This document shows, in pieces, positions 9,706 to 18,437 of a stretch of DNA of 64,000 nt (its first letter is position 1; every line of letters begins with the position of its first letter). The stretch spans positions 896,001 to 960,000 of the forward strand of contig OY760935.1 of the NCBI GenBank assembly GCA_963664295.1, given 5' to 3'. Source of the DNA: Candidatus Altimarinota bacterium. GTDB lineage: Bacteria > Patescibacteriota > Gracilibacteria > CAIRYL01 > GCA-016699755. The position numbers and the translations under genes were made by a program. The notes under the pieces were generated by a model. The model saw only the letters and a list, made by a program, of their open reading frames with translations, was not told where the DNA came from and did no database searches.

Positions 9706-10446
9706 ATGAAAAAAATTATTTTGTATTTACTTGCTGGTGCTGGATTAATTGGAGTTTCTGTCTTACTTTATTATTTTCATTATTTAATTTTTAATGATCC
9801 TCATCATATTTTTATTTATATGCTGGGCGATATGGCCTTTGTGCCAATTGAGGTCTTAATGGTGACCCTAATTATTGATCGCTTATTGCAAAATCGTGAA
9901 AAAAAATTGATATTACAAAAATTAAATATGGTGATTGGGGTCTTTTTTAGCGAACTTGGCACAGAACTTTTGATATATTTATCTGATTCTGATCCTAATT
10001 TAGACAAAATCAAAAAAGATCTCATCATAACCAACGAATGGACAGAAAAAGAATTTAAAAAAACAGAAAAAAGCCTGAAAAATCGTGAATACAAAATTCA
10101 TATTGAAAAAATTGACTTAGAAAGGCTAGAAAGCTTACTTTTAAATAAAAGAAGGCTTTTGATTAAAATCCTTGAAAATCCAATCTTATTAGAACATGAA
10201 AGTTTTACTGAACTTTTGAAATCTGTTTTTCATTTACAAGAAGAACTTTCTGCACGCAGGCAACTCAATGAATTAAATACAGCTGACAAAACACACTTAA
10301 AGGGTGATATTGAAAGGGTTTATGGGCACTTGGTTTTTGAATGGATTGAATACATGAAGCATTTAAAAAATGAATATCCTTACTTGTTTTCTTTTGCCAT
10401 GCGCACTAATCCATTTGATGAAACTGCAGAAATTGAATTTAAATAA
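9706..10446 (+). CDS. Membrane protein of unknown function (two N-terminal TM helices)
   Basis: 246-aa ORF with hydrophobic N-terminus and soluble C-terminal domain. Confidence 0.7.
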   Translation: MKKIILYLLAGAGLIGVSVLLYYFHYLIFNDPHHIFIYMLGDMAFVPIEVLMVTLIIDRLLQNREKKLILQKLNMVIGVFFSELGTELLIYLSDSDPNLDKIKKDLIITNEWTEKEFKKTEKSLKNREYKIHIEKIDLERLESLLLNKRRLLIKILENPILLEHESFTELLKSVFHLQEELSARRQLNELNTADKTHLKGDIERVYGHLVFEWIEYMKHLKNEYPYLFSFAMRTNPFDETAEIEFK

Positions 10447-10447
10447 A

Positions 10448-10477
10448 CAAAAAGAGCGCCAATTGGCGCTCTTTTTG
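10448..10477. terminator. Bidirectional terminator
   Basis: Perfect palindrome CAAAAAGAGCGCCAATTGGCGCTCTTTTTG between convergent genes. Confidence 0.9.
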
Positions 10478-10505
10478 CGGTTTAATTTAATATTTCAGGC
10501 TGTAA

Positions 10506-11252
10506 TCAAATTATTTCATAGCTAACATTAAGGTTTACAGAAACCTCAACATCACCTGGGAGAATTGTATTTCCTTCCATAATTACACCTCCTTTACCAT
10601 ACATTGCACTACTATCATAATAAGCATAATCACTGCTTATTTCCTGCACCTGAAAAACTCCTCCTAAACGAAAATCAAAAATACTTGCTAGCTTCTCTGC
10701 TTTTTCGCGAGCATTTTTTGCAGCTTCTTTGCGTGCTTGATTATAGGCAGACTCTTTATTTTCTAATGTATATTGAACATTATTAATACTGCTTACGCCT
10801 TTTTCAGTAAGCTCATCCAAAACAGCAGAAACTTGCCCTAGATCATTTATTTTTACCTCTAAGGTATGATTTGCATAATAACCCATTAAAACCTTGTTGC
10901 CATTGTCTCTATAATCATAACGAGGGTTAATGTTGTACCAAGTTGTTTTAATGTTGTCCTCATCAATACCCATTTCTTTCAAAGCATTGATGATATTTTG
11001 CACTTGTTTTTTGTTTTTACTCTGAGCTTCGGCAGATGTTTTTGCTTCTGTTTCAACTCCCACGTTAATAATTGCCATGTCTGGCTCAACGGAAACTTGA
11101 CCAACTCCATTTACATACACTGTTCTGGTTTCATTGGTGGCTTGACCAGCAGAAGCTGGAGCTGAATTTGGGACTAATGCACAAAGAATAATCCCTACTA
11201 CCAAGAAAGGTAGTGTTTTTGATAAGCTTAATCGCTTAATGATTGTTTTCAT
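10506..11252 (-). CDS. SIMPL (DUF541) domain exported protein
   Basis: VYVNGVGQVSVEPDMA, IKTTWYNINPRYDY, AAKNAREKAEKLA, PGDVEVSVNLNVSY. Confidence 0.9.
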   Translation of the reverse strand: MKTIIKRLSLSKTLPFLVVGIILCALVPNSAPASAGQATNETRTVYVNGVGQVSVEPDMAIINVGVETEAKTSAEAQSKNKKQVQNIINALKEMGIDEDNIKTTWYNINPRYDYRDNGNKVLMGYYANHTLEVKINDLGQVSAVLDELTEKGVSSINNVQYTLENKESAYNQARKEAAKNAREKAEKLASIFDFRLGGVFQVQEISSDYAYYDSSAMYGKGGVIMEGNTILPGDVEVSVNLNVSYEII

Positions 11253-11412
11253 TTTTATTTAAAAAAAATTAAAAAATTATTATTTCATAATTTATAACGA
11301 TATTTTTTCAATTTAGTAACAAATTTTATTTTTTTGTGTTTTAAAAACAAGACTTTTTATTGATTTTTAGCGGAAATTCTGCTATTATGTATTGAATAAA
11401 ATAAATATAAAA

Positions 11413-12639
11413 ATGAATGTTTTAGTTCTTGGTTGGGAATACCCACCATTTCACTCTGGTGGACTAGGGGTAGCGTCAAAAAATCTGACTGCAGGTCTAG
11501 CGTTAAATCCTGGCTTAAAACTTCATTTTGCCTTACCTGCTTTTGTTTATGACAAAGTTAATGGTCAATCTGGACACAACGAATTTGATTTAGTAAAAAA
11601 TAAAAATAAAAACATAAAAATTAAAAAAATAGCGTCCACAATTAATTCGCCATATTTAAACGAAATAAATTATCAAGAATTCTTAGAAGCAATTAATCTT
11701 CCGCAAAATGTTAAAGAAATTTATGGTAAAAATCTTTTTGAAGAAATAGAGCGTTATGCGCTAGAAATGGAAAACTTTGTTAATAATAAAAAATATGATC
11801 TTGTACATGCACATGACTGGATTACTTTTGAAGCGGGAATAAAAATAAAAAATAAACAAAACATACCCTTAATCGCCCATGTACATGCCACAGAATATGA
11901 TCGTACTGGTGGTAATCCTGCTGAAAACATCTACCAAAAAGAACGCAGAGGTATGGAAAAAGCAAACAAAATAATTGCTGTTAGCAATTACACAAAAGAA
12001 ATAATTAAAAAAGAATACGGAATACCAGAACATAAAATAAATGTTGTACATAATGGTGTTGAGACAAGCTATAAAAATACTCAAAAAAAAGAAAGAAATC
12101 CTCACGAACGAAAAACTGTATTATTTTTAGGTCGCTTAACTCTACAAAAAGGTCCTGATTGGTTTATTCATATTGCCAAAAAAGTTTTGGAGCAAAAAAA
12201 AGATGTTGATTTTTTAATTGCTGGTGAGGGAGAAATGATGCCTAGGCTTGTTAAAGATGTAATTGAAAACGAGCTTAAAGATCATGTTCATTTTTTAGGT
12301 TTTGTTGGTGAAAAGGAGCGCGAAAAAGCTTTTAGAAATTCTGATGCTTATATTCTTAGCTCTGTTTCTGAGCCTTTTGGTCTTTCTGCGGTAGAGGCGG
12401 CTCAAAGAGGAGTGCCCGTTGCTCTTAGTAAACAATCTGGAGTACGAGAAGTGCTTTACCATTCTTTACAAGCTGATTTTTGGGATATTGATAAAATGGC
12501 AAATAATATTTTAGCTATCCTAGAATATCCTGCACTTTCAAAAACTCTTGCCAACAAAGCAACTAATAGCCTTGTGCATTTGACCTGGGAAAATCAGGCA
12601 AAAATTGTTAATAATATTTACTGTGAACTAAAAAAATAA
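11413..12639 (+). CDS. GT4 glycosyltransferase, glycogen synthase-type
   Basis: LGWEYPPFHSGGLG, HAHDW, HVHATEYDR, SVSEPFGL; ATG 11413 preferred as start. Confidence 0.92.
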   Translation: MNVLVLGWEYPPFHSGGLGVASKNLTAGLALNPGLKLHFALPAFVYDKVNGQSGHNEFDLVKNKNKNIKIKKIASTINSPYLNEINYQEFLEAINLPQNVKEIYGKNLFEEIERYALEMENFVNNKKYDLVHAHDWITFEAGIKIKNKQNIPLIAHVHATEYDRTGGNPAENIYQKERRGMEKANKIIAVSNYTKEIIKKEYGIPEHKINVVHNGVETSYKNTQKKERNPHERKTVLFLGRLTLQKGPDWFIHIAKKVLEQKKDVDFLIAGEGEMMPRLVKDVIENELKDHVHFLGFVGEKEREKAFRNSDAYILSSVSEPFGLSAVEAAQRGVPVALSKQSGVREVLYHSLQADFWDIDKMANNILAILEYPALSKTLANKATNSLVHLTWENQAKIVNNIYCELKK

Positions 12640-13947
12640 ATGAAAAACAATAATCAAAAATCGGTTTGTCTTTATTTTCAGGTTCACCAGCCTTACAGGC
12701 TTAGTGAGTGTTCTTTTTTTTGTGATCAAATTGATGATTTTTTTATTGGTCCAAAGGGTTATAAAAACGAGGACATTTTTAACAAAGTAGCTGATAAATG
12801 TTATTTGCCTGCCACTAGCCTTTTATTAGATTTAGTAAAAAAATATCCTGATTTTAAAATTGCCTTTTCTTTGTCTGGTGTTTTTTTGGAACAATGTGAA
12901 CAATATTCTAAAAAAGGTTCAAAAATCATAAAATTATTTCAAAAATTAGCAAAAACAGGCCAGGTGGAGTTTTTAGCAGAAACTTATTATCATTCTTTGG
13001 CCTTTTTATATTCTAAATTTGAATTTGCTGAACAAATTAAGCTACATCAAAAAAAAATAAAAAAACTTTTTGGCATAACACCAAAAATTTTTAGAAATAC
13101 TGAGCTAATTTACAGTAATCAAATTGCTGAATTTATTCGCCAAATGGGCTTTAAGGGTATGTTGGCAGAAGGTTGGGATACTCATTTAAAAATGAAAAGT
13201 CCTAATCACCTACGAATTGCTAAAAAAATATTTTTAGAAGAAAAAAAATTTAAAATTGCCGAAAAATATCGCATTAGGAAAAAAATTGAGGAAGAACTAC
13301 CTGTGCTCTTAAAAAATTATAAATTGTCTGACGATATTGCTTTTAGATTTAGTAATACATCTTGGAATGAACACCCTCTTTTTATTGAAAAATTTGCTCA
13401 CTGGCTCACGCATGCAGAGGGTGAAACAATAAATTTATTTATGGACTATGAAACTATTGGCGAGCACCAATGGGAAGAAACAGGTATTTTTGATTTTTTT
13501 AAAGCACTTCCAAAAGAATTAAAAAATAATAATATTGGTTTTCACACGCCATCCGAAGCAATTAAAAAATTAAAGCCAATTGATGAATATGATGTTCATA
13601 ATTATCTTTCTTGGGCTGATTCTGAACGAGATATTTCTGCCTGGGCAGAAAATGATATCCAAAAATCTGCCCTGGAAGAATTATTAAATATGGAAAAAGC
13701 ATTAAATCCTTATTTAAAATCTCGCAAGCCAGAAATTAAAAAAATAATTGATAATTTTCGTAAAATGCAAACCTCTGACCATCTTTATTATATGTGTACC
13801 AAATACTGGAATGACGGTGATGTTCATAAATACTTTTCTCCTTACGAATCACCTTATGAGGCTTATATAAACTTTATGAACAACTTGAGACTCTTAAAGA
13901 AAAATTTAGAAAAAAATATAAATTTAAAAAACAAAAAAAATGCCTAA
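12640..13947 (+). CDS. GH57 alpha-amylase family protein
   Basis: YFQVHQPYRL, ETYYHSL, FRNTEL, LFMDYETIGEH, SWAD, QTSDH. Confidence 0.95.
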   Translation: MKNNNQKSVCLYFQVHQPYRLSECSFFCDQIDDFFIGPKGYKNEDIFNKVADKCYLPATSLLLDLVKKYPDFKIAFSLSGVFLEQCEQYSKKGSKIIKLFQKLAKTGQVEFLAETYYHSLAFLYSKFEFAEQIKLHQKKIKKLFGITPKIFRNTELIYSNQIAEFIRQMGFKGMLAEGWDTHLKMKSPNHLRIAKKIFLEEKKFKIAEKYRIRKKIEEELPVLLKNYKLSDDIAFRFSNTSWNEHPLFIEKFAHWLTHAEGETINLFMDYETIGEHQWEETGIFDFFKALPKELKNNNIGFHTPSEAIKKLKPIDEYDVHNYLSWADSERDISAWAENDIQKSALEELLNMEKALNPYLKSRKPEIKKIIDNFRKMQTSDHLYYMCTKYWNDGDVHKYFSPYESPYEAYINFMNNLRLLKKNLEKNINLKNKKNA

Positions 13948-15913
13948 ATCAATTGTATTTGGAAATGGCGGTATGTTGATCAATCTTGATAAAAATCTCT
14001 TAATGCGTGATTTTTATTTTCCTTATGTTGGCATGGAAGATCACACAACCTATGGTAATTATCATCTGGTTGGATTTTATGTCGAAGGTAAGTTTTCATG
14101 GCTTAATGACGGAACTTGGGATATCGATATTACTTATCATCAAGATACTTTAATTGGAAACTCTGTAGCAACAAATAAAAAATTAGGAATTTCTGTTTTG
14201 TTTGAAGATTTTGTTTACACCACGCAAAATACTTTTTTTAGAAAAATGACTATCAATAATCTTGCTAATAAAGAGCGAGAAATAAGGGTCTTTTTTTCTC
14301 ATAACTTTTTTATTTACGGAGACAAACTGCAAGATACTGCTCAATATGAACCAAAGCTTAATGCTGTTTTGAATTATAGTAGAAATAGATATTTTTTAGT
14401 TAATGGTTGCTGGGAATATGGCGAAGGGATGAGTCAATATACTGTTGGAAAAAATAATTTTAATGCACTTTTGGGCACATACAAAGACGCAGAAGACGGT
14501 GAACTTTCTCAAAATCCTATTGAACAGGGATCAGTTGATTCTACTATTGGTTTTTCTGAAAAAATACCTGCACAAGACTCAAAAATTCTTTATTTTTGGC
14601 TTTGTGCAAATACTTCTTATGAGGAAACCAGAAGAGCAAATAAAAAAATCTTTGAACTAACTCCTGGTATAATTTATGAACACACAAAAAACTTTTGGAA
14701 AAATTGGGTTAATAAAGAAAATATAGACTTTTCTGACTTGCCAACCGAGGTTATCAATCTCTATAAACGAAGTTTGTTAATTATTCGTACACAAATTGAC
14801 AATGGCGGAGCTATTATTGCAGCTAACGACACAGACATTATGCAATTTAATCGTGATACATATAGCTATATGTGGCCTCGAGATGGCGCTTTTGTTGCCA
14901 TGGCTCTTGCTGAAGCTGGTTACCCTAATTTATGTGAAAATTTCTTTGATTTTTGTGCTGATATTCTTACAAAAGAAGGTTATGTATTAAATAAGTACCA
15001 CCCTGATAAATCAACTGGTTCTTCTTGGCATCCAAAATTCAAAAACGGCGAAGTACAACTGCCAATCCAAGAAGATGAAACTGCCTTAATCTTACTTGCT
15101 ATTGAGAAATATTATAAAAAATATCACGACATTGATGTTATACAGAACTTATTTAATAAATTAGTTTTAAAAATTGGTGATTGGTTAAGTTTTTATACTG
15201 ATGAAACAACTGACCTACCTCTACCTTCTTATGATCCCTGGGAAAGAATTCGGGGTGTTCACACCTATACTGCTAGTACTGTTTATGCTGGCTTGAAATC
15301 TGCTTCTTTTTTAGCAGAAACAACAGGACACATGAGATCGGCAAAAATTTATGAACTAAAAGCAGAAAGAATTAAAAAGGCAATTTTAAAATACTTATAC
15401 TCTGAGGAAGATGGGCGTTTTTTGCGTAGTGTGACAATAAAAAATAACAAAATTATTGAAAAAAACAATATTGTTGATGCTAGTATTTCTCATATTTGGA
15501 CCATGGGAGTACTGCCTCCTGATGACTATCGCGTGCGCCAAACCATGGAAGCAATAAATATTCACCTAACTATCAATACAAAAATTGGTGGGCTCGCAAG
15601 ATACACTGAAGATGATTATCATTATGATTTTAAAAAACTTAATTTTAAAGAAGTGACTGGCAACCCTTGGGTTATCACTACTCTTTGGGAAGCTGACTAT
15701 CAAATAGAAAATGCTAAACGAAAAAAAGACTTACAAACTCCTTTGAAAACTTTAATTTGGGCAACAAAAATGACAAATCCTGCTGGGATTTTACCTGAAC
15801 AAATGCACCCCTTAACCGGTGCGCCACTTTCTGTTGCTCCTTTGACTTGGTCGCATGCTACTTTTGTTGCTACTGTTTTAAAGTATTTAAAAAAACTAAA
15901 AGAATTATCATGA
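13940..15913 (+). CDS. GH15 glucoamylase/glucan 1,4-alpha-glucosidase
   Basis: YSYMWPRDG, IQEDET, YDPWE, LPEQ, PLTWSHA. Confidence 0.95.
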   Translation: MPKSIVFGNGGMLINLDKNLLMRDFYFPYVGMEDHTTYGNYHLVGFYVEGKFSWLNDGTWDIDITYHQDTLIGNSVATNKKLGISVLFEDFVYTTQNTFFRKMTINNLANKEREIRVFFSHNFFIYGDKLQDTAQYEPKLNAVLNYSRNRYFLVNGCWEYGEGMSQYTVGKNNFNALLGTYKDAEDGELSQNPIEQGSVDSTIGFSEKIPAQDSKILYFWLCANTSYEETRRANKKIFELTPGIIYEHTKNFWKNWVNKENIDFSDLPTEVINLYKRSLLIIRTQIDNGGAIIAANDTDIMQFNRDTYSYMWPRDGAFVAMALAEAGYPNLCENFFDFCADILTKEGYVLNKYHPDKSTGSSWHPKFKNGEVQLPIQEDETALILLAIEKYYKKYHDIDVIQNLFNKLVLKIGDWLSFYTDETTDLPLPSYDPWERIRGVHTYTASTVYAGLKSASFLAETTGHMRSAKIYELKAERIKKAILKYLYSEEDGRFLRSVTIKNNKIIEKNNIVDASISHIWTMGVLPPDDYRVRQTMEAINIHLTINTKIGGLARYTEDDYHYDFKKLNFKEVTGNPWVITTLWEADYQIENAKRKKDLQTPLKTLIWATKMTNPAGILPEQMHPLTGAPLSVAPLTWSHATFVATVLKYLKKLKELS

Positions 15914-16791
15914 ATTTTATTGGTATAGACATTGGTGGCTCAAAAATTTTTATTTGTAAAGCTGACAAAAACGGTGAATTTGTAAAAAACACTACAATTC
16001 CTACAGAAGCAAACAAAGGCCATAAACAAATAATAGAAAAGCTCACAAAACAAATAAATACAATAAAAGATAAAAATACAAAAGCAGTGGGCATTGCTTG
16101 GGCTGGATTTGTTGACAACAAAAAAGGAGTTATTTCTAAATCTCCTAACATTGCTGGTTTTGAAAATTTTCCAATTAAAAAAAGCTTGGAAAAAACTGTT
16201 AATTTGCCTATTTTTGTTGAAAATGATGCTCGATTATTTGCCTTGGGTGAAGCATTAGCAAGTAAAAAATGCTATTCCCCTTTCTTGGGAATTATCTTAG
16301 GAACTGGTGTTGGCAGTGGAATTATTAAAAATAATCAAATTTTTAGAGGTTTTGATGGTTTTGCTGGTGAAATTGGTCATGTTTTTATTGATAAAAATGG
16401 CAAAATTGAGGCTGAAGATTTATTTTCTGCTCATGGGTTAAAAAATCATCTTAAAAAAAATAAATTATCAGAAAAAATTGAAAAATCTATTCTAAAATGG
16501 CAAGAAAAACAAAAAAAAGAATTTATAGTAATAGATAAATGGTTAAATTATTTTTCTTTTTGGCTTTCAGGTCTTATTTTAACTTTTAACCCGGAAAAAA
16601 TTGTTTTTGGTGGCGGAATTGGCACAGAAATAATGCCTTTTTTTATAAAAAATTTATCAGAAAAAACAAAAAATACACTGAATAAAAGAGGATATTTTCC
16701 AACAATAAACTTAAGTTGTTCAAAATTAAAAAATGCTGGCGCAAAAGGCGCTGTTTTTTTTGCTATTCAAGAATTTAAAAAGAAAAAATGA
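15910..16791 (+). CDS. ROK-family sugar kinase (glucokinase-like)
   Basis: IGIDIGG, ENDA, LGTGVGSG, AGEIGH; ATGA overlap with GH15 gene. Confidence 0.92.
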   Translation: MNFIGIDIGGSKIFICKADKNGEFVKNTTIPTEANKGHKQIIEKLTKQINTIKDKNTKAVGIAWAGFVDNKKGVISKSPNIAGFENFPIKKSLEKTVNLPIFVENDARLFALGEALASKKCYSPFLGIILGTGVGSGIIKNNQIFRGFDGFAGEIGHVFIDKNGKIEAEDLFSAHGLKNHLKKNKLSEKIEKSILKWQEKQKKEFIVIDKWLNYFSFWLSGLILTFNPEKIVFGGGIGTEIMPFFIKNLSEKTKNTLNKRGYFPTINLSCSKLKNAGAKGAVFFAIQEFKKKK

Positions 16792-18437
16792 AAAAACTTT
16801 CCAAAAAAATAGCTTATTTTTCCATGGAATTTGCTTTTAGTAATAAAATTCCGAATTATGCGGGAGGACTTGGTGTTTTAGCGGCTGATGCTATGCATTC
16901 TATTGCTGATCTTAATGCTAATGTGGTTGGGGTTAGTCTTTTGTATCATCAAGATGATGACCCAAAAAAGGCTTTTAATCCTGATAAAATAATGAAAAAA
17001 CGCAAAGAAAAAATTATTGTAATTATTGAGGATAGAGAAGTTAAAGTTGCAATTTGGCAAATGGATATTAAATCTCAAGATGGCAAAAATAGTGTGCCTG
17101 TTTTTTTCTTGAGTACAAATTTACCAGAAAATCCTCGTTGGGATAGAGATTTAACAAAAAATCTCTATGCTTCTGATGAATACACTCGTATTGGGCAAGA
17201 GGTTATTTTGGGCATTGGCGGGGTTCGTGCTTTGCGCACTATGGGTTATGATGTCGATATTTACCATATGAATGAGGGTCATTCTGCATTTTTGACCTTA
17301 GAAAATCTACGCAAAAATCATTATGATGAAAATGCTGTAAAAAATATTTGTACTTTTACAACTCATACACCTGTTGGGGCAGGTCATGATTATTTTAATT
17401 ATAATTTAGTCTATAAAACTATTAACAAAATGGTGCCAGTAAATATTAAAAATCTGGCAACAGAAAAAATGCTTGGCATGACACAATTAGCCTTAAATCT
17501 TAGCAAAAAAACCAATAGTGTTTCTGAAAAACATCGTGAAGTTTGCAAAAAAATGTTTCCTGATTACGAATTTGAAAATGTCACTAATGGTATTTACCAT
17601 CCTCGTTGGATTGGTGAGCACATAAAAAAACTTTTTGATAAAAATTTAAAAGGCTGGGAAAAAAATACAAATTTATTTAAACAAATTTCTAAAAAAATAC
17701 CTGATAAAGAGCTTGTTTCTGCTCGCAAAAATGAAAAAAAAGAGTTTGTGCAATGGATAAATGAAAATAAAGAATTTTTTCCTTTTGAGCCAACTAAAGA
17801 GGATTTATTTAACGAAGATACTTTGACTCTTGTTTTTGCCCGCAGGTTTGTGCCTTATAAAAGACCTGATTTGATTTTTAAAAAAATAGATCAACTTCGA
17901 AAAATTGGCTATAAAAAACTGCAACTTGTTTTTTCTGGTCGTTGCCATCCTGCAGATCATTTTTGTAATAACTTAAAAGCAATGATTGGTGAACATGCTC
18001 GCAATTTGCGAGGACAAATTAAGGTTGCTATTTTACCTGATTACAATCTTGATATTGCCAAAAGGCTGGTCAAAGGTGCTGATGTTTGGCTAAATAATCC
18101 AGTTTGTCCACAAGAAGCTAGTGGCACAAGTGGCATGAAAGCGGGACTTAATGGTCTTTTAAATCTTTCTATTTTAGATGGTTGGTGGATTGAGGGCTTT
18201 AAAATGAAACCAAAAAGTGGCTGGGGTTTTGGACAAAATTCTGAGGATTATCACCTTAAAGATCGAGATGAAGAAGATGCAAAAGAGCTTTTAAAAAACC
18301 TGGAAGACGTGATTGATTGTTATTATAATCGAAAAAGTGAATGGACAAAAAGAATGAAAGAGGCAATAAGCCTACTTTCATTCTTTAATACAAACCGAAT
18401 GATTGAAGAATATTACGAAAAAATCTGGAATAAATAA
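16788..18437 (+). CDS. glgP: Alpha-glucan phosphorylase (GT35)
   Basis: YFSMEF, YAGGLGVLA, HMNEGH, FARRFVPYKR, EASGTSGMKA (PLP lysine). Confidence 0.95.
   Translation: MKKLSKKIAYFSMEFAFSNKIPNYAGGLGVLAADAMHSIADLNANVVGVSLLYHQDDDPKKAFNPDKIMKKRKEKIIVIIEDREVKVAIWQMDIKSQDGKNSVPVFFLSTNLPENPRWDRDLTKNLYASDEYTRIGQEVILGIGGVRALRTMGYDVDIYHMNEGHSAFLTLENLRKNHYDENAVKNICTFTTHTPVGAGHDYFNYNLVYKTINKMVPVNIKNLATEKMLGMTQLALNLSKKTNSVSEKHREVCKKMFPDYEFENVTNGIYHPRWIGEHIKKLFDKNLKGWEKNTNLFKQISKKIPDKELVSARKNEKKEFVQWINENKEFFPFEPTKEDLFNEDTLTLVFARRFVPYKRPDLIFKKIDQLRKIGYKKLQLVFSGRCHPADHFCNNLKAMIGEHARNLRGQIKVAILPDYNLDIAKRLVKGADVWLNNPVCPQEASGTSGMKAGLNGLLNLSILDGWWIEGFKMKPKSGWGFGQNSEDYHLKDRDEEDAKELLKNLEDVIDCYYNRKSEWTKRMKEAISLLSFFNTNRMIEEYYEKIWNK

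Noticed and set aside
9600-9706. Frameshifted kinase domain continuing the PAS-GAF gene
   Set aside because: Only 64 AT-rich bases precede the next, unrelated gene, with no H-box remnant
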